Positions 1 through 8,844 of a DNA stretch of 64,000 nt are shown one piece after another. Position numbers and translations under genes: made by a program. The stretch comes from an uncultured virus (IMG/VR IMGVR_UViG_3300038424_000133) (lineage: Duplodnaviria; Heunggongvirae; Uroviricota; Caudoviricetes): the IMG/VR virus record IMGVR_UViG_3300038424_000133; one strand, written 5' to 3'. The notes under the pieces are model-generated. The model worked only from the letters and a program-made list of their open reading frames with translations. It did not search any database and was not told the origin of the DNA. The stretch's first letter is position 1, and each line of letters starts with the position of its first letter.

Positions 1-1
1 C

Positions 2-415
2 TAACTCTGGAATATAGACGTTTCCCCTAAAATCTGCCAAACTCTCAATTAGTGAAACAACGCCGTTTTCGCCGTAATTGAAACCATCGAGATAAAGAAT
101 GCCACCGTTTGGGTTTTTAAGCCATTTAAGGATGATTCCTTCCCGTGTCATAGTTTTGCCGTCTTTCAAAATATCGCAAGCAAGCAAATCCCAGCGTGAA
201 ATGTCACGGGTTAAAACCACTTCGTATAATGCTTTACCCATCTTTTGAGCTATAGCATAAGTTAAAGTTGTCTTGCCTGTGCCAGTTTCGCCAACTAAAC
301 GCAAGTTACCAACTGCCTTTAAAATTGCTATTGACTTCGGCAAATAGCCTTTTTCGTCTTCAAACTCTATGTTGGTGACAACTTTGCCACCATATTCTAA
401 TTGTGTTTCAACCAT
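2..415 (-). CDS. AAA+ ATPase, MoxR/CbbQ-like (runs off the window edge)
   Basis: Not in the ORF track. Manual translation from ATG 415: MVETQLEYVAK...LRLVGETGTGKTT (Walker A)...RDISRWDLL...GGILYLDGFN (Walker B with Gly in place of Glu). Confidence 0.8.
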   Translation of the reverse strand, partial: MVETQLEYGGKVVTNIEFEDEKGYLPKSIAILKAVGNLRLVGETGTGKTTLTYAIAQKMGKALYEVVLTRDISRWDLLACDILKDGKTMTREGIILKWLKNPNGGILYLDGFNYGENGVVSLIESLADFRGNVYIPEL

Positions 416-474
416 TTTTCAAATCACTACCCAACTAATCCCACAGCCTATAATATAAACCTATCCCCTTATTA

Positions 475-484
475 CCATATATGG
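475..484. promoter_or_regulatory. CCATnnATGG palindrome upstream of a minus-strand TATA box
   Basis: CCATATATGG. The same element sits at the same spacing at 6429-6438, 13359-13368 and 17937-17946. Confidence 0.6.
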
Positions 485-488
485 CATT

Positions 489-680
489 TTAATTAAATAA
501 CAACTTAAAAATCGCTAAGTTTCCCAACTTCATTTCTCCGCCATTCCAATTATTGCCAACTTTAAACCAATGAATCAAATAATCATATTTATTATCACAT
601 TTGCATTGGTAAAAATAACTATTTCTACTATGAGGTTTAAGTTCTGCTTTGCAATAGGGGCAAAAATATTTATCGGTCAT
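489..680 (-). CDS. small Zn-finger protein (paralogue of 1104, 10749, 11311; lacks the FIFR tail)
   Basis: FCPYCK..L...YQCKC...W pattern shared with the paralogues. Confidence 0.65.
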   Translation of the reverse strand: MTDKYFCPYCKAELKPHSRNSYFYQCKCDNKYDYLIHWFKVGNNWNGGEMKLGNLAIFKLLFN

Positions 681-949
681 CTAAATATGAACGCCTGATT
701 TTTATTTGTAAATTTACGCCATAATTTGAACCAATTCTTATTTTTATCATACTTATTAATAGGAACACATAAATGTTGTGCTTCCTCATATACTTCTCCC
801 CATTTATTAAAGCACTTAGGGCAAAGTACAGCCAATTTTGTACGGCTATCTTCTTCTTCTTGTGTCTCTCCCAAATTAATTTCCCAGAACTGCCCGTTGC
901 TACCTGTTCTTAATGCATTGCATTTTGCACATCTGCTAATATTTGACAT
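677..949 (-). CDS. Cys-rich small protein, C-terminal FIFR
   Basis: RCAKC...LCPKC...NQAFIFR*; AGGTGA RBS. Confidence 0.75.
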   Translation of the reverse strand: MSNISRCAKCNALRTGSNGQFWEINLGETQEEEDSRTKLAVLCPKCFNKWGEVYEEAQHLCVPINKYDKNKNWFKLWRKFTNKNQAFIFR

Positions 950-954
950 TTATA

Positions 955-1099
955 TCACCTAAATACAAACGCTTTGGTTAATTTTACTTTTTCCATAAGC
1001 ACAATTTTTTTGAAGACCGCAATCTTTGCATTCAATCACGCACCATTCTTTTCTTTGCTTTTCGTTTGTAATTGCACTATTAAAATTTACTTCAATCAT
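955..1099 (-). pseudogene. frameshifted FVFR-tail Zn-ribbon gene
   Basis: Removing one A from the A7 run (plus strand T1005-1011) gives MIEVNF...CVIECKDCGLQKIVLMEKVKLTKAFVFR*. Confidence 0.65.
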
Positions 1100-1103
1100 T
1101 ATA

Positions 1104-1331
1104 TCACCTGAAAATAAACACCTGCTTACCTTTTGGTATTTTATCACTGTCATGCCAATCTACATTTCTCCAAATTTTCCAAATCTTCTCATTCGATAAC
1201 CAAGCCCACCTTGACGGACTTGTTATACAATCACAATTAAACATAATATATTGCTGAATAGTACGAGAATACCTTAGTTTTTTATGGCAGAAAGGGCAAA
1301 TGAATCTATCATCTTTTAAATTTACTTCCAT
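1104..1331 (-). CDS. small Zn-finger protein, C-terminal FIFR
   Basis: ICPFC...NCDC...KQVFIFR*. Confidence 0.75.
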   Translation of the reverse strand: MEVNLKDDRFICPFCHKKLRYSRTIQQYIMFNCDCITSPSRWAWLSNEKIWKIWRNVDWHDSDKIPKGKQVFIFR

Positions 1332-1337
1332 TATTAG

Positions 1338-1571
1338 TCACCTGAATATGAAGGGTTGATGCTTTGGTTTTTGTAATGGGTCGAATCTACAATAATATGG
1401 ATAAGATTTCTGTTTTGCCATTTCCATTGCTATATCATGTATTTCTTTAGTAGTTAACAGTTGGATGTTTTTATCATCGAATTTTATGTCTTTAATATGA
1501 ATAGTGGTACTTATACCTATGCATTTAGGACATTCAGGGTATTTACCAAGATGTTTTTTAGCGGAAGACAA
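1338..1571 (-). CDS. small protein (CPKC), C-terminal FIFR
   Basis: TTG start inside the upstream FVFR codons with AGGAGA RBS; ends KPKHQPFIFR*. Confidence 0.7.
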   Translation of the reverse strand: MSSAKKHLGKYPECPKCIGISTTIHIKDIKFDDKNIQLLTTKEIHDIAMEMAKQKSYPYYCRFDPLQKPKHQPFIFR

Positions 1572-1785
1572 ACGGCTCTCTCCTTATCAATTTATAATCT
1601 TCACTATTAATTTTATAAGTTTGCAATAAATGTCTGGCTTTATTTAAACAAGCATTAGACATATATGTATTTCCCTGTTTTTTCCATTTATTACTTGATT
1701 CAATTAACCTGTTAATTAGTCTTACAGCCTTTCTTTTTTTTGCATTTTCTTGCATTTGAATTTGAGTTAATTTAACGAAAGACAA
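1558..1785 (-). CDS. small helical protein (possibly DUF2786-like), C-terminal FVFR
   Basis: LINRLIES...ACLNKARHLLQTYKI...EPFVFR*. Confidence 0.7.
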   Translation of the reverse strand: MSFVKLTQIQMQENAKKRKAVRLINRLIESSNKWKKQGNTYMSNACLNKARHLLQTYKINSEDYKLIRREPFVFR

Positions 1786-1963
1786 ATTTCATCACCTTAA
1801 AGTTTCTATTTTTCTCTTTCCCTAATACTCTATCACAAAAAGGGCAGTAGATTTTAACCCAGAGTTTAACTTGCGAAAATTCTACTGCTACCTTATCGTC
1901 TGGAATCATCCTACCGCACTCAGGACATTCAACAATTTCGAAACTGATTTCATCGGAAGACAA
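1772..1963 (-). CDS. Zn-ribbon protein, C-terminal FVFR
   Basis: CPECG...YCPFC...MKFVFR*; AGGTGA RBS then TTG start. Confidence 0.75.
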   Translation of the reverse strand: MSSDEISFEIVECPECGRMIPDDKVAVEFSQVKLWVKIYCPFCDRVLGKEKNRNFKVMKFVFR

Positions 1964-2195
1964 ATTTTGTCACCTTGCTTTCTATAAATTTAATAAATGT
2001 TTTTTCGTCCCACTTATCATCTGTACAATGTGTCCTTACCCAATCATAATAAATTAAGTTACAGTTATGGCATAATGCGCCTATTAATTCCTGAGTTGTG
2101 ATTTGCTTTCCACAATAATTGCAGATATTTTTATCGTTGTTTGCTTGAATGCGGTCTAACAGACTTTTTAGCATAGGTATAATACACCATATCAC
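1950..2195 (-). CDS. Cys-rich small protein, C-terminal FVFR
   Basis: CNYC...LCHNC...TKFVFR*; the true start is probably the internal ATG (MLKSLL). Confidence 0.7.
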   Translation of the reverse strand: MIWCIIPMLKSLLDRIQANNDKNICNYCGKQITTQELIGALCHNCNLIYYDWVRTHCTDDKWDEKTFIKFIESKVTKFVFR

Positions 2196-2285
2196 ACTTA
2201 TAAACTTTTAGTTTAATCAATTACTTAAATAAACTATAAAATAAAAACATAATTTCACTATGGCAATGTGGGCAAATTAAATTAC

Positions 2286-2456
2286 TTATCGGAATACGAA
2301 CACATCCTTTACCTTAAGTTCTTTACCGCAATAATTGCAACCGTCACATTCATTGCAACAACAACCCTTCATATGATAACTACGGCAATCAAGACAACCT
2401 TCATAAAGGAAATCTCTGCCACAAATAGAGCATTTTAATGGTTTAAGTTTTGGCAT
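2286..2456 (-). CDS. 56-aa Cys-rich protein, C-terminal FVFR (below ORF-track cutoff)
   Basis: MPKLKPLKCSICGRDFLYEGCLDCRSYHMKGCCCNECDGCNYCGKELKVKDVFVFR*. Confidence 0.75.
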   Translation of the reverse strand: MPKLKPLKCSICGRDFLYEGCLDCRSYHMKGCCCNECDGCNYCGKELKVKDVFVFR

Positions 2457-2490
2457 ATTTTATCCATAGTTATATTAATGGTGTTAACAC

Positions 2491-3081
2491 TTATAAACTT
2501 TGCTGTTTTAATTCATTAGTCAATTCCAAATACTCAAAGACTAAATCGTTTATTACAGCCATATTGTAACCTGTAAAGACGTTATGATATATAAATTTAT
2601 GTAACCAAACAGGTATATAAACTACACATTCTTTATCTATATGATGCCCTTCTGAGCCTTCAAAATAATCATTTAATTCAACATAATCTAAATCACGGCG
2701 TTTAGCATAATGTTTGGCATAAATTTTTCGTAGTTTATCAGGGTTACTCTTACGCCAGTTTCTTCTATGTTCATTATATTGTTCTTTATTAGTATGTTCT
2801 TTATTATCATAATAATATTTTTTACGCTTTTCATTATATTCTTTTCTATGTGTTGCTTCATATTTTTTATCGTATTGTTTACATTTTTCTGGGTGTTTCA
2901 AACGCCAATTTCTTATTGCTTCTCTACATTTTTCAATATTTTTACTTCGCCAATTTCTATGATAGCCGATACATTTCTCATTATTCTTCTCACGCCAGTT
3001 TCTTTGATATTCTTTAAATTTAGGGGTTTTACTACGTTTTCTATCATATTCTTTGGTTTTTTCAGGGTCTTTATAGGGCAT
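2491..3081 (-). CDS. HNH-like endonuclease with basic helical N-terminal repeats
   Basis: K/R/Y/W-rich repeats, then EGHHID...LHKFIYHN. Confidence 0.6.
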   Translation of the reverse strand: MPYKDPEKTKEYDRKRSKTPKFKEYQRNWREKNNEKCIGYHRNWRSKNIEKCREAIRNWRLKHPEKCKQYDKKYEATHRKEYNEKRKKYYYDNKEHTNKEQYNEHRRNWRKSNPDKLRKIYAKHYAKRRDLDYVELNDYFEGSEGHHIDKECVVYIPVWLHKFIYHNVFTGYNMAVINDLVFEYLELTNELKQQSL

Positions 3082-3095
3082 TAATTATCATCCTT

Positions 3096-3209
3096 CTAAT
3101 AGAAGGTATGACCGCAATCACCACAACGATAACGCTGTTTCTTGCCTTTAACTGTGGGTACTTTACCAAACTTTTGTATCTTAATTGATTTACATCGTAA
3201 GCAATTCAT
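3096..3209 (-). CDS. 37-aa Zn-ribbon protein
   Basis: MNCLRCKS..IQKFG...KQRYRCGDCGHTFY*; own TATA box at about 3242-3249. Confidence 0.6.
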   Translation of the reverse strand: MNCLRCKSIKIQKFGKVPTVKGKKQRYRCGDCGHTFY

Positions 3210-3257
3210 ATTGATTACCAATAAATAAATAAACAAACTACTATTTAAATCTTTTGG

Positions 3258-4079
3258 TTAAAAAAGTTGTCTAACAGAACCTACCTTGTTACTTTTATCA
3301 ATATATAAGTATGGCTTACCATTTTGAACAAATTCTGGGAATGCAATTGAATACGCATGGTTATCTGCTTTATCATAAAATATCATTGTGCCAACTGATA
3401 AACCTTTCACTTTATCACCTATTTCATTACCGAACATTTTAGATAGCTTAGAAACATCATTTTGTCCATTTATTCTGCCCAATAGAAAATATCGCCTACG
3501 TTCTATTATTCTTGTGTCCACATCTGCCAGTCGTTGAGTCAAACCCATTATACACATACCAAAATTAGTGCATTCACAAACAGTCTTATAAATGAATCTT
3601 CCATTCTTCTGTCCTAAAGCATATCTGCCAAAGATGTTCTGAATTTCTTCGACCATGTAGAGGTTTATGAATGGAATTTCGCCATTAAGTGTTTGTTTAA
3701 TAGCCTGCTTGTGGATAAAATCTTGATAAATTATATCAGCAATTATATTTCTCGAATCAAGTGGGTCAAAAGCATCATGCATATCAACAATTAAATCCTG
3801 TGGTTCAATTGGCATTATTGTTTTTGCGTTATAACTTATGTATGGGATAGCGTCAAACTTAAACATCCAATTGAGACAGTCATCAAGAACGAGCGTCTTA
3901 TATTCGCCTGTTGCGTGTCTTGGTTGTTCAATTATACGTCTAAGAATCCATTTCATCGCATTAGTTTTACCGCATTGATTCGAACCTACAGCAATCAAGC
4001 CACCGTTCTGAATTGCTTTTGCTATAATCTCGTCTAACTTAATTATGAAATCTGGGTCTATTACTTGTGGTTGACTCAT
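3258..4079 (-). CDS. HerA/FtsK-superfamily P-loop ATPase
   Basis: GSNQCGKT Walker A, YMVEEIQ Walker B, GLTQR motif. Confidence 0.7.
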   Translation of the reverse strand: MSQPQVIDPDFIIKLDEIIAKAIQNGGLIAVGSNQCGKTNAMKWILRRIIEQPRHATGEYKTLVLDDCLNWMFKFDAIPYISYNAKTIMPIEPQDLIVDMHDAFDPLDSRNIIADIIYQDFIHKQAIKQTLNGEIPFINLYMVEEIQNIFGRYALGQKNGRFIYKTVCECTNFGMCIMGLTQRLADVDTRIIERRRYFLLGRINGQNDVSKLSKMFGNEIGDKVKGLSVGTMIFYDKADNHAYSIAFPEFVQNGKPYLYIDKSNKVGSVRQLF

Positions 4080-4084
4080 TTATA

Positions 4085-4297
4085 TCACCTAAAGATAAAT
4101 GTATTATTCTCAAGCATATATATTAATGCTTCGGCTATAATGCTATTATCAAGTGGCAGATTACCAGTTGGAACACGTTTTAAATCGTCAATTACTTTCT
4201 GCTTTGTAGTTTTCATTTTATATTTCTCCCTTTTAAATAGTCTTCTATACGCCAAACTATTTGTGTCAAAACTACAATGCCAACTCCTAAACCACAA
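4085..4297 (-). CDS. small protein, C-terminal FIFR
   Basis: Ends ENNTFIFR*; its AGG TGA doubles as the RBS of the ATPase gene. Start uncertain. Confidence 0.65.
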   Translation of the reverse strand: MWFRSWHCSFDTNSLAYRRLFKREKYKMKTTKQKVIDDLKRVPTGNLPLDNSIIAEALIYMLENNTFIFR

Positions 4298-4429
4298 AAT
4301 CCGCCAATTATAGAATTAAAAATTTCACTCATTCAACATCACCATTATTTTCTATCTTTTCATCTTCATAAATTGCAATCATCTTGCACCAATATTTCTT
4401 CTCGTTCTTAAAGAATGTTTTTATGTCTC

Positions 4430-4738
4430 TCACGGTTTATAACCTTCTTTTATTAATTTATTGTATAGTATTTTATGTTCCTCTTGACCTAATTCGTAGC
4501 ATTCTTTGCATAAGTGAACTAATTGAACATGGCAATAATTTAACCAATATTCTTTACGATTTTTATGCTCTCGTTTTTTACATTCCTTTTCTATTTGTTC
4601 CCAGCGTTCTTGTAACGCCATAGTTATATCTTCAAATTGTTTTGAAGGGGCAGTCATAGTTCCAGTTGGTTTGTCATTAAATATATAAGCTGTAGTTTTA
4701 GTAACTTTACTTCTTTTAAACAACATTTTCATTATCAC
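4430..4738 (-). CDS. hypothetical protein
   Basis: ORF in a tight operon with AGGTGA RBS. Confidence 0.55.
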   Translation of the reverse strand: MIMKMLFKRSKVTKTTAYIFNDKPTGTMTAPSKQFEDITMALQERWEQIEKECKKREHKNRKEYWLNYCHVQLVHLCKECYELGQEEHKILYNKLIKEGYKP

Positions 4739-4898
4739 CTTTTGGATAAATTGGACAGTTAGCTAAGTTGCATCTATCGTTTTTATTTAAGTTGTCACTC
4801 GGTTCGTTGCAAAAACAACGCTTATCTTCACCCTGAATATGTGAGTCACATAACCTGCTAAACTTAGTGAAACTAATCATCTTTAATTTCTTAACCAT
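4716..4898 (-). CDS. small Cys-rich protein
   Basis: LCDSH...CFC...CNLANCP. Confidence 0.5.
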   Translation of the reverse strand: MVKKLKMISFTKFSRLCDSHIQGEDKRCFCNEPSDNLNKNDRCNLANCPIYPKGDNENVV

Positions 4899-4900
4899 TT

Positions 4901-5362
4901 TTATACACCAAAGTAATATTGATATTTGTAATAGTAAATTGTTGAACCGTCAATATAGTACCAATTCCAATAGTGCGGAAGTAATCCTTCATCAAATAAT
5001 CTTCCTTGATAAAAGAAGATTGTTGAAACATGCTGACTTTGACAGAAAGTTATGAAGTCATCTATTGAACTAAAACTAACTTTCGTAAGAGAAGATGATA
5101 AACCGTTGCTTCTTGACATATCTGCTGTTATAACTGTAAAGTTTGCAGTTGTAAGTTTTTGCATTGAAGCATCATAAATTGATGGTTCTGGTGAAGATGT
5201 AACTATTGGTGAAGGTGATGGTGTTAATGTTGGTTTTATTGATGATATATTATTTTGTTGATTAGCGTACACGCCAATTAACCCAATTATAGAACTAATT
5301 ATTATAATTAACATGTATATAATTTTTTGTTTTTTATTCATCATAATCACACTTATTTTCAT
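4901..5362 (-). CDS. membrane-anchored or secreted protein with Pro/Ser/Thr linker
   Basis: Basic N-region plus hydrophobic helix, then PTLTPSPSPIVTSSPEP. Confidence 0.65.
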   Translation of the reverse strand: MKISVIMMNKKQKIIYMLIIIISSIIGLIGVYANQQNNISSIKPTLTPSPSPIVTSSPEPSIYDASMQKLTTANFTVITADMSRSNGLSSSLTKVSFSSIDDFITFCQSQHVSTIFFYQGRLFDEGLLPHYWNWYYIDGSTIYYYKYQYYFGV

Positions 5363-5603
5363 AATCTATTGCTATTTCGTAAGCAAGACGAATTCCTATG
5401 CTTTCGACACGCCACGCAATCAAGTCTTCAATTAACCCTTGTCTCTTCATTTCTTTAAAGGGTTTATCGCCTACTGTTTCCTTTAATACGTTAATGAATT
5501 CTTTAATTAAACCCCTTATTTCCTCTTGCGTAGCTTTAGGCAATTCATAATTGTCTAACTTATCTACTATTGTTTCCAGTTTAGTTTTTGGCATATTTAT
5601 CAC
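5334..5603 (-). CDS. hypothetical protein
   Basis: ORF downstream of a TATA box at about 5626-5632. Confidence 0.55.
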   Translation of the reverse strand: MINMPKTKLETIVDKLDNYELPKATQEEIRGLIKEFINVLKETVGDKPFKEMKRQGLIEDLIAWRVESIGIRLAYEIAIDYENKCDYDE

Positions 5604-5651
5604 GGTTATTAATAGTTATCGCCATTAATAAACTTATCGCCTTGTTACCAT

Positions 5652-5858
5652 CTACCTAAATATAAATGTTAATTTAAATCTGGGGCAACCTTTAGCTTGA
5701 AGGTCTTTAGATATAGGGTCGTGTCCAAAATTCTTCAAATAACAATCTTTACAATAACAATCCTTTATGACTCTTTCATATCCACATTCGTTATTACAAT
5801 AAAAAACTTTTTTACAATCAATATCAGGGCATATTTGTTTTTGTTTCATTATAGTCAC
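5652..5858 (-). CDS. Cys-rich protein, C-terminal FIFR
   Basis: ICP..CKKVFYC...CYCKDC...LTFIFR*. Confidence 0.75.
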   Translation of the reverse strand: MTIMKQKQICPDIDCKKVFYCNNECGYERVIKDCYCKDCYLKNFGHDPISKDLQAKGCPRFKLTFIFR

Positions 5859-6061
5859 CTAAATATGAATGGTTGATGTTTAGGTTTTACTTCGGGTTTA
5901 GGGTCTTCTAACTGATGAGCAAAATAATGGCAACTTTTACAAATAATCATATCTTTATGAGAAAACATATTTGTTTCACAATACATTGGTGTACCGCAAA
6001 GTTGGCACTTGGATGGTTGTTGTTTTTCTATCTTTTTATTTCTTCTTAACCAATTTAACAT
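5855..6061 (-). CDS. Zn-finger protein, C-terminal FIFR
   Basis: CQLCG...ICKSC...KPKHQPFIFR*. Confidence 0.75.
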   Translation of the reverse strand: MLNWLRRNKKIEKQQPSKCQLCGTPMYCETNMFSHKDMIICKSCHYFAHQLEDPKPEVKPKHQPFIFR

Positions 6062-6073
6062 ATTTATATCACC

Positions 6074-6382
6074 TTAAAGGCAATGTGTTAAAACAAAAAT
6101 TATAAACCAAAGAAACGCAAGCCCAGCACCGAATATGAAAAAATAAATTAACCCCATAAATGCATGTTGGCTAAATGTTGCTTGCGACTTCGATTTAGAT
6201 TGCTTATAAATCTTCTTGCAAGCATTACACAAAGTGGCATCATCATCATCACTATTGAAGGTATGACCACAATTATAACAAACTCTTGTTTTTACAGTTG
6301 TTGGTTTAGCATCAGATTTACCATTACTTAAAATAACTACTTTATCAGTTTCCAATTTGCCAGCTAAGTTAGTTTTTTGCAT
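6074..6382 (-). CDS. Zn-finger protein with C-terminal transmembrane helix
   Basis: CYNCG...LCNAC, then a hydrophobic tail. Confidence 0.6.
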   Translation of the reverse strand: MQKTNLAGKLETDKVVILSNGKSDAKPTTVKTRVCYNCGHTFNSDDDDATLCNACKKIYKQSKSKSQATFSQHAFMGLIYFFIFGAGLAFLWFIIFVLTHCL

Positions 6383-6861
6383 AATTAACTACTACATTAA
6401 TCTAATTAATAAAGTTTATTATGATTTTCCATCAATGGGTTACTCAATCGCAATCGTTAGCTACAACAATATTATTCTCGTCTTCATCATATTCGTCTTC
6501 GTTATCAACTTCACAAGTGCAACCGCTTGAAATTCCCTGCTCAAACACTTTATTTAAATCTATAATCATTAACTTATATTCGTATCGTGCCATAGCATAA
6601 TAAAACAATGCAAAAGGCAAAATTAACAGCATTGCTAAAGGCATATTTCTAAGTCTAATCTTTTTCTGAGTCAAAAGTAAATTCACCCCTTCTTATTTTA
6701 CGCTGTGTTCTACAAAGTTGATAGTGTACTTTTAATATCGAATAAGCAAAACGACTTATCTTAGCCATGACGTAACTATATATCATTATTAGACCTAATT
6801 CATACACTTCAATCATAACAGACATCGCAATCATCTACCCAAAACAATATGCAAACTTCGC

Positions 6862-7317
6862 TTATAAATCTTCTGGCTTATCTCCATTATTTCTTAATCT
6901 ATGACAATTAGAACAGACTAAAATTATATCATTAGGTATATAATCTTCTTTTTCCCACTTACGCAACACTTTAATTTTTTCGGTTGTTACTTTATTTGTA
7001 TGTTGTAACTTAGACCAAGAATCTTCGCCTAAATGATGGAAGTCATAAATACAATCGTGTTCTGTTACTAATCCACAGTCGTGACATTTTCTGCCTAACT
7101 TATCAACAGCCCACCTTTTTAATTTTTGCCCATATTCTCTATGATAATTCCTATAATATTCACGATGATTTTCTCTATATTTTATTGCTTTCTCACTTTC
7201 ATAATTCGCTATATAACGTTGATGTCTTTGTTCTTTAGTTTCAGCATATCGTTGCTGTTTCTGTTCTTTATTTTCATAAAATTCACCAACATGATGTTTT
7301 CTCATTTTTATCGCCAA
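6862..7317 (-). CDS. HNH endonuclease
   Basis: LGRKCHDCG...YDFHH...VCSNCHR. Confidence 0.8.
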   Translation of the reverse strand: MAIKMRKHHVGEFYENKEQKQQRYAETKEQRHQRYIANYESEKAIKYRENHREYYRNYHREYGQKLKRWAVDKLGRKCHDCGLVTEHDCIYDFHHLGEDSWSKLQHTNKVTTEKIKVLRKWEKEDYIPNDIILVCSNCHRLRNNGDKPEDL

Positions 7318-7588
7318 TTATCAATAATAATAATCGGCTATTTAAGTCTTTCGGTGGTCAAAGTATTTAAGTAATTGCTTAAAATTATCAAAAAAAATTT
7401 TTGGCTTTTTAAATTGATGGACTTTTTAACTACCACAAAAAATTTAAACTATTAAATTAATTCTCCATAGTTTGCATCTATGCACAACATTTCTTTCCCC
7501 TTGTTTGTGTTTAGGGGCTTCCTAACTATATAACTCATTACACACTATATATTTAATACCTAACACTTTATATATATTTATATATTTT

Positions 7589-7755
7589 CCAGCGTCATTG
7601 ACCGAAACATGAAGCTTTCATCCCCAAGTTCGGGTAACGCTGGCGACTATCACATGCGACAGTCATGCCAAAAAGTTTGGACTTACATCACTCTGTCACT
7701 TTGCTACCAATACCGAAGACACAGTTATCGGCTACTCACTCCAAATTGGTAGTAA
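7589..7755 (-). ncRNA. candidate structured non-coding RNA
   Basis: BRE/TATA (CCACAAAG-TTTATATA) at about 7777-7792; four stems, with G-U pairs only in the minus sense; no substantial ORF. Confidence 0.5.
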
Positions 7756-8056
7756 TTAATGCTATATCAAAACAAATATATAAACTTTGTGGTTTAACTA
7801 TGGATATTGTATTTCTTTGCTGAAATTCGGGCATTTCTTTGCTTCTTCTCTAAGTATCTCTAAGTATTTTTCTCTTTGGTTTTCATCCATTTATTTTTTC
7901 CTCTTTTTCAACATGTAAACACGGTAATCATCTATTAGTTTTCTGCATTCATCTACTCTATCACTAAGAATAATTAAGTTATAAGCACCGCTAATTTTTC
8001 TTTGGCATAGTCTTTCAAGTTCTTGGTAACTTATAGGTTTTTCTTCTGGCATAGAA

Positions 8057-8281
8057 TTACGACTGTGGTTGGTTAATTACACTTGCTTTCTTAATCATAG
8101 TAACGCCTTCTCCATTCTCAATATAACTTATAAAAGCATCCACTATCGCTTCGGCGTTATTAGTGTACCAATGTTGTAGTTCTACAAAATGCCTAAACCT
8201 TTGCTCAAACCACGCTTTACCCGTTTCTGGCACATATTCCTCTAAGAGTATTTTCCAAGCACGTTTTTCATCTGTATTCAT
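8057..8281 (-). CDS. hypothetical protein
   Basis: ORF in operon. Confidence 0.5.
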   Translation of the reverse strand: MNTDEKRAWKILLEEYVPETGKAWFEQRFRHFVELQHWYTNNAEAIVDAFISYIENGEGVTMIKKASVINQPQS

Positions 8282-8284
8282 TGA

Positions 8285-8479
8285 TTATCCAAACACCCAA
8301 AAAATTGTAATAAGTATAAGAATTGAAAGACCAATTATTCCCAAAAGCAAACCTGCTATGCTTGCAACAAAAATTATCCACGCAAGATTCCAGCCTGTAA
8401 CTAAACCTGTTATAAGTTCAGCCAATCCTATCCATGCCAAAACTGCTATGATTAATCTTTCTATTGCATTCATTTCCAT
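8285..8479 (-). CDS. small two-helix membrane protein
   Basis: Two hydrophobic segments; AGGTG RBS. Confidence 0.6.
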   Translation of the reverse strand: MEMNAIERLIIAVLAWIGLAELITGLVTGWNLAWIIFVASIAGLLLGIIGLSILILITIFWVFG

Positions 8480-8844
8480 TTTTTATCAACACCTAAGATA
8501 GTGTAAACAAGGATATAAATGTTGTGCTTAAACACCATTAATCACCTAAACGTGATTGTCTTTAACACCATCACGCTCTTGACATACCCATTTTCCAATA
8601 TAGGAATCCCAAGTATATCGCATTCCATCATTAGGTGGCATTTTAAACATCACTACTTTGCAATTCGGTTTCTTGCACAACTACTTCTTTATCTTTAACG
8701 ATTATGGCGTAGATTCTACTCCATGTTTCAACATACCCAATTATTTGTTCGGTCATACTTATCAACAATATAATATAACAAAGGTGCTAATAAAGGTTAT
8801 GGCTATTTAATGACTATGGTTTTATTTAATAAAAAAAACTAAAG

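Noticed and set aside
489..680. Counting this family-A paralogue as tagged
   Set aside because: It ends AIFKLLFN, with no F[IV]FR in any frame.
3096..3209. IS1-type insertion sequence (InsA-like Zn ribbon)
   Set aside because: No transposase domain or terminal inverted repeats nearby.
8542..8641. Possible further tag member (alternative frame ends KTITFR*)
   Set aside because: Only FR matches, and this is explained by an AGGTGA RBS-like sequence; it also needs a frameshift.
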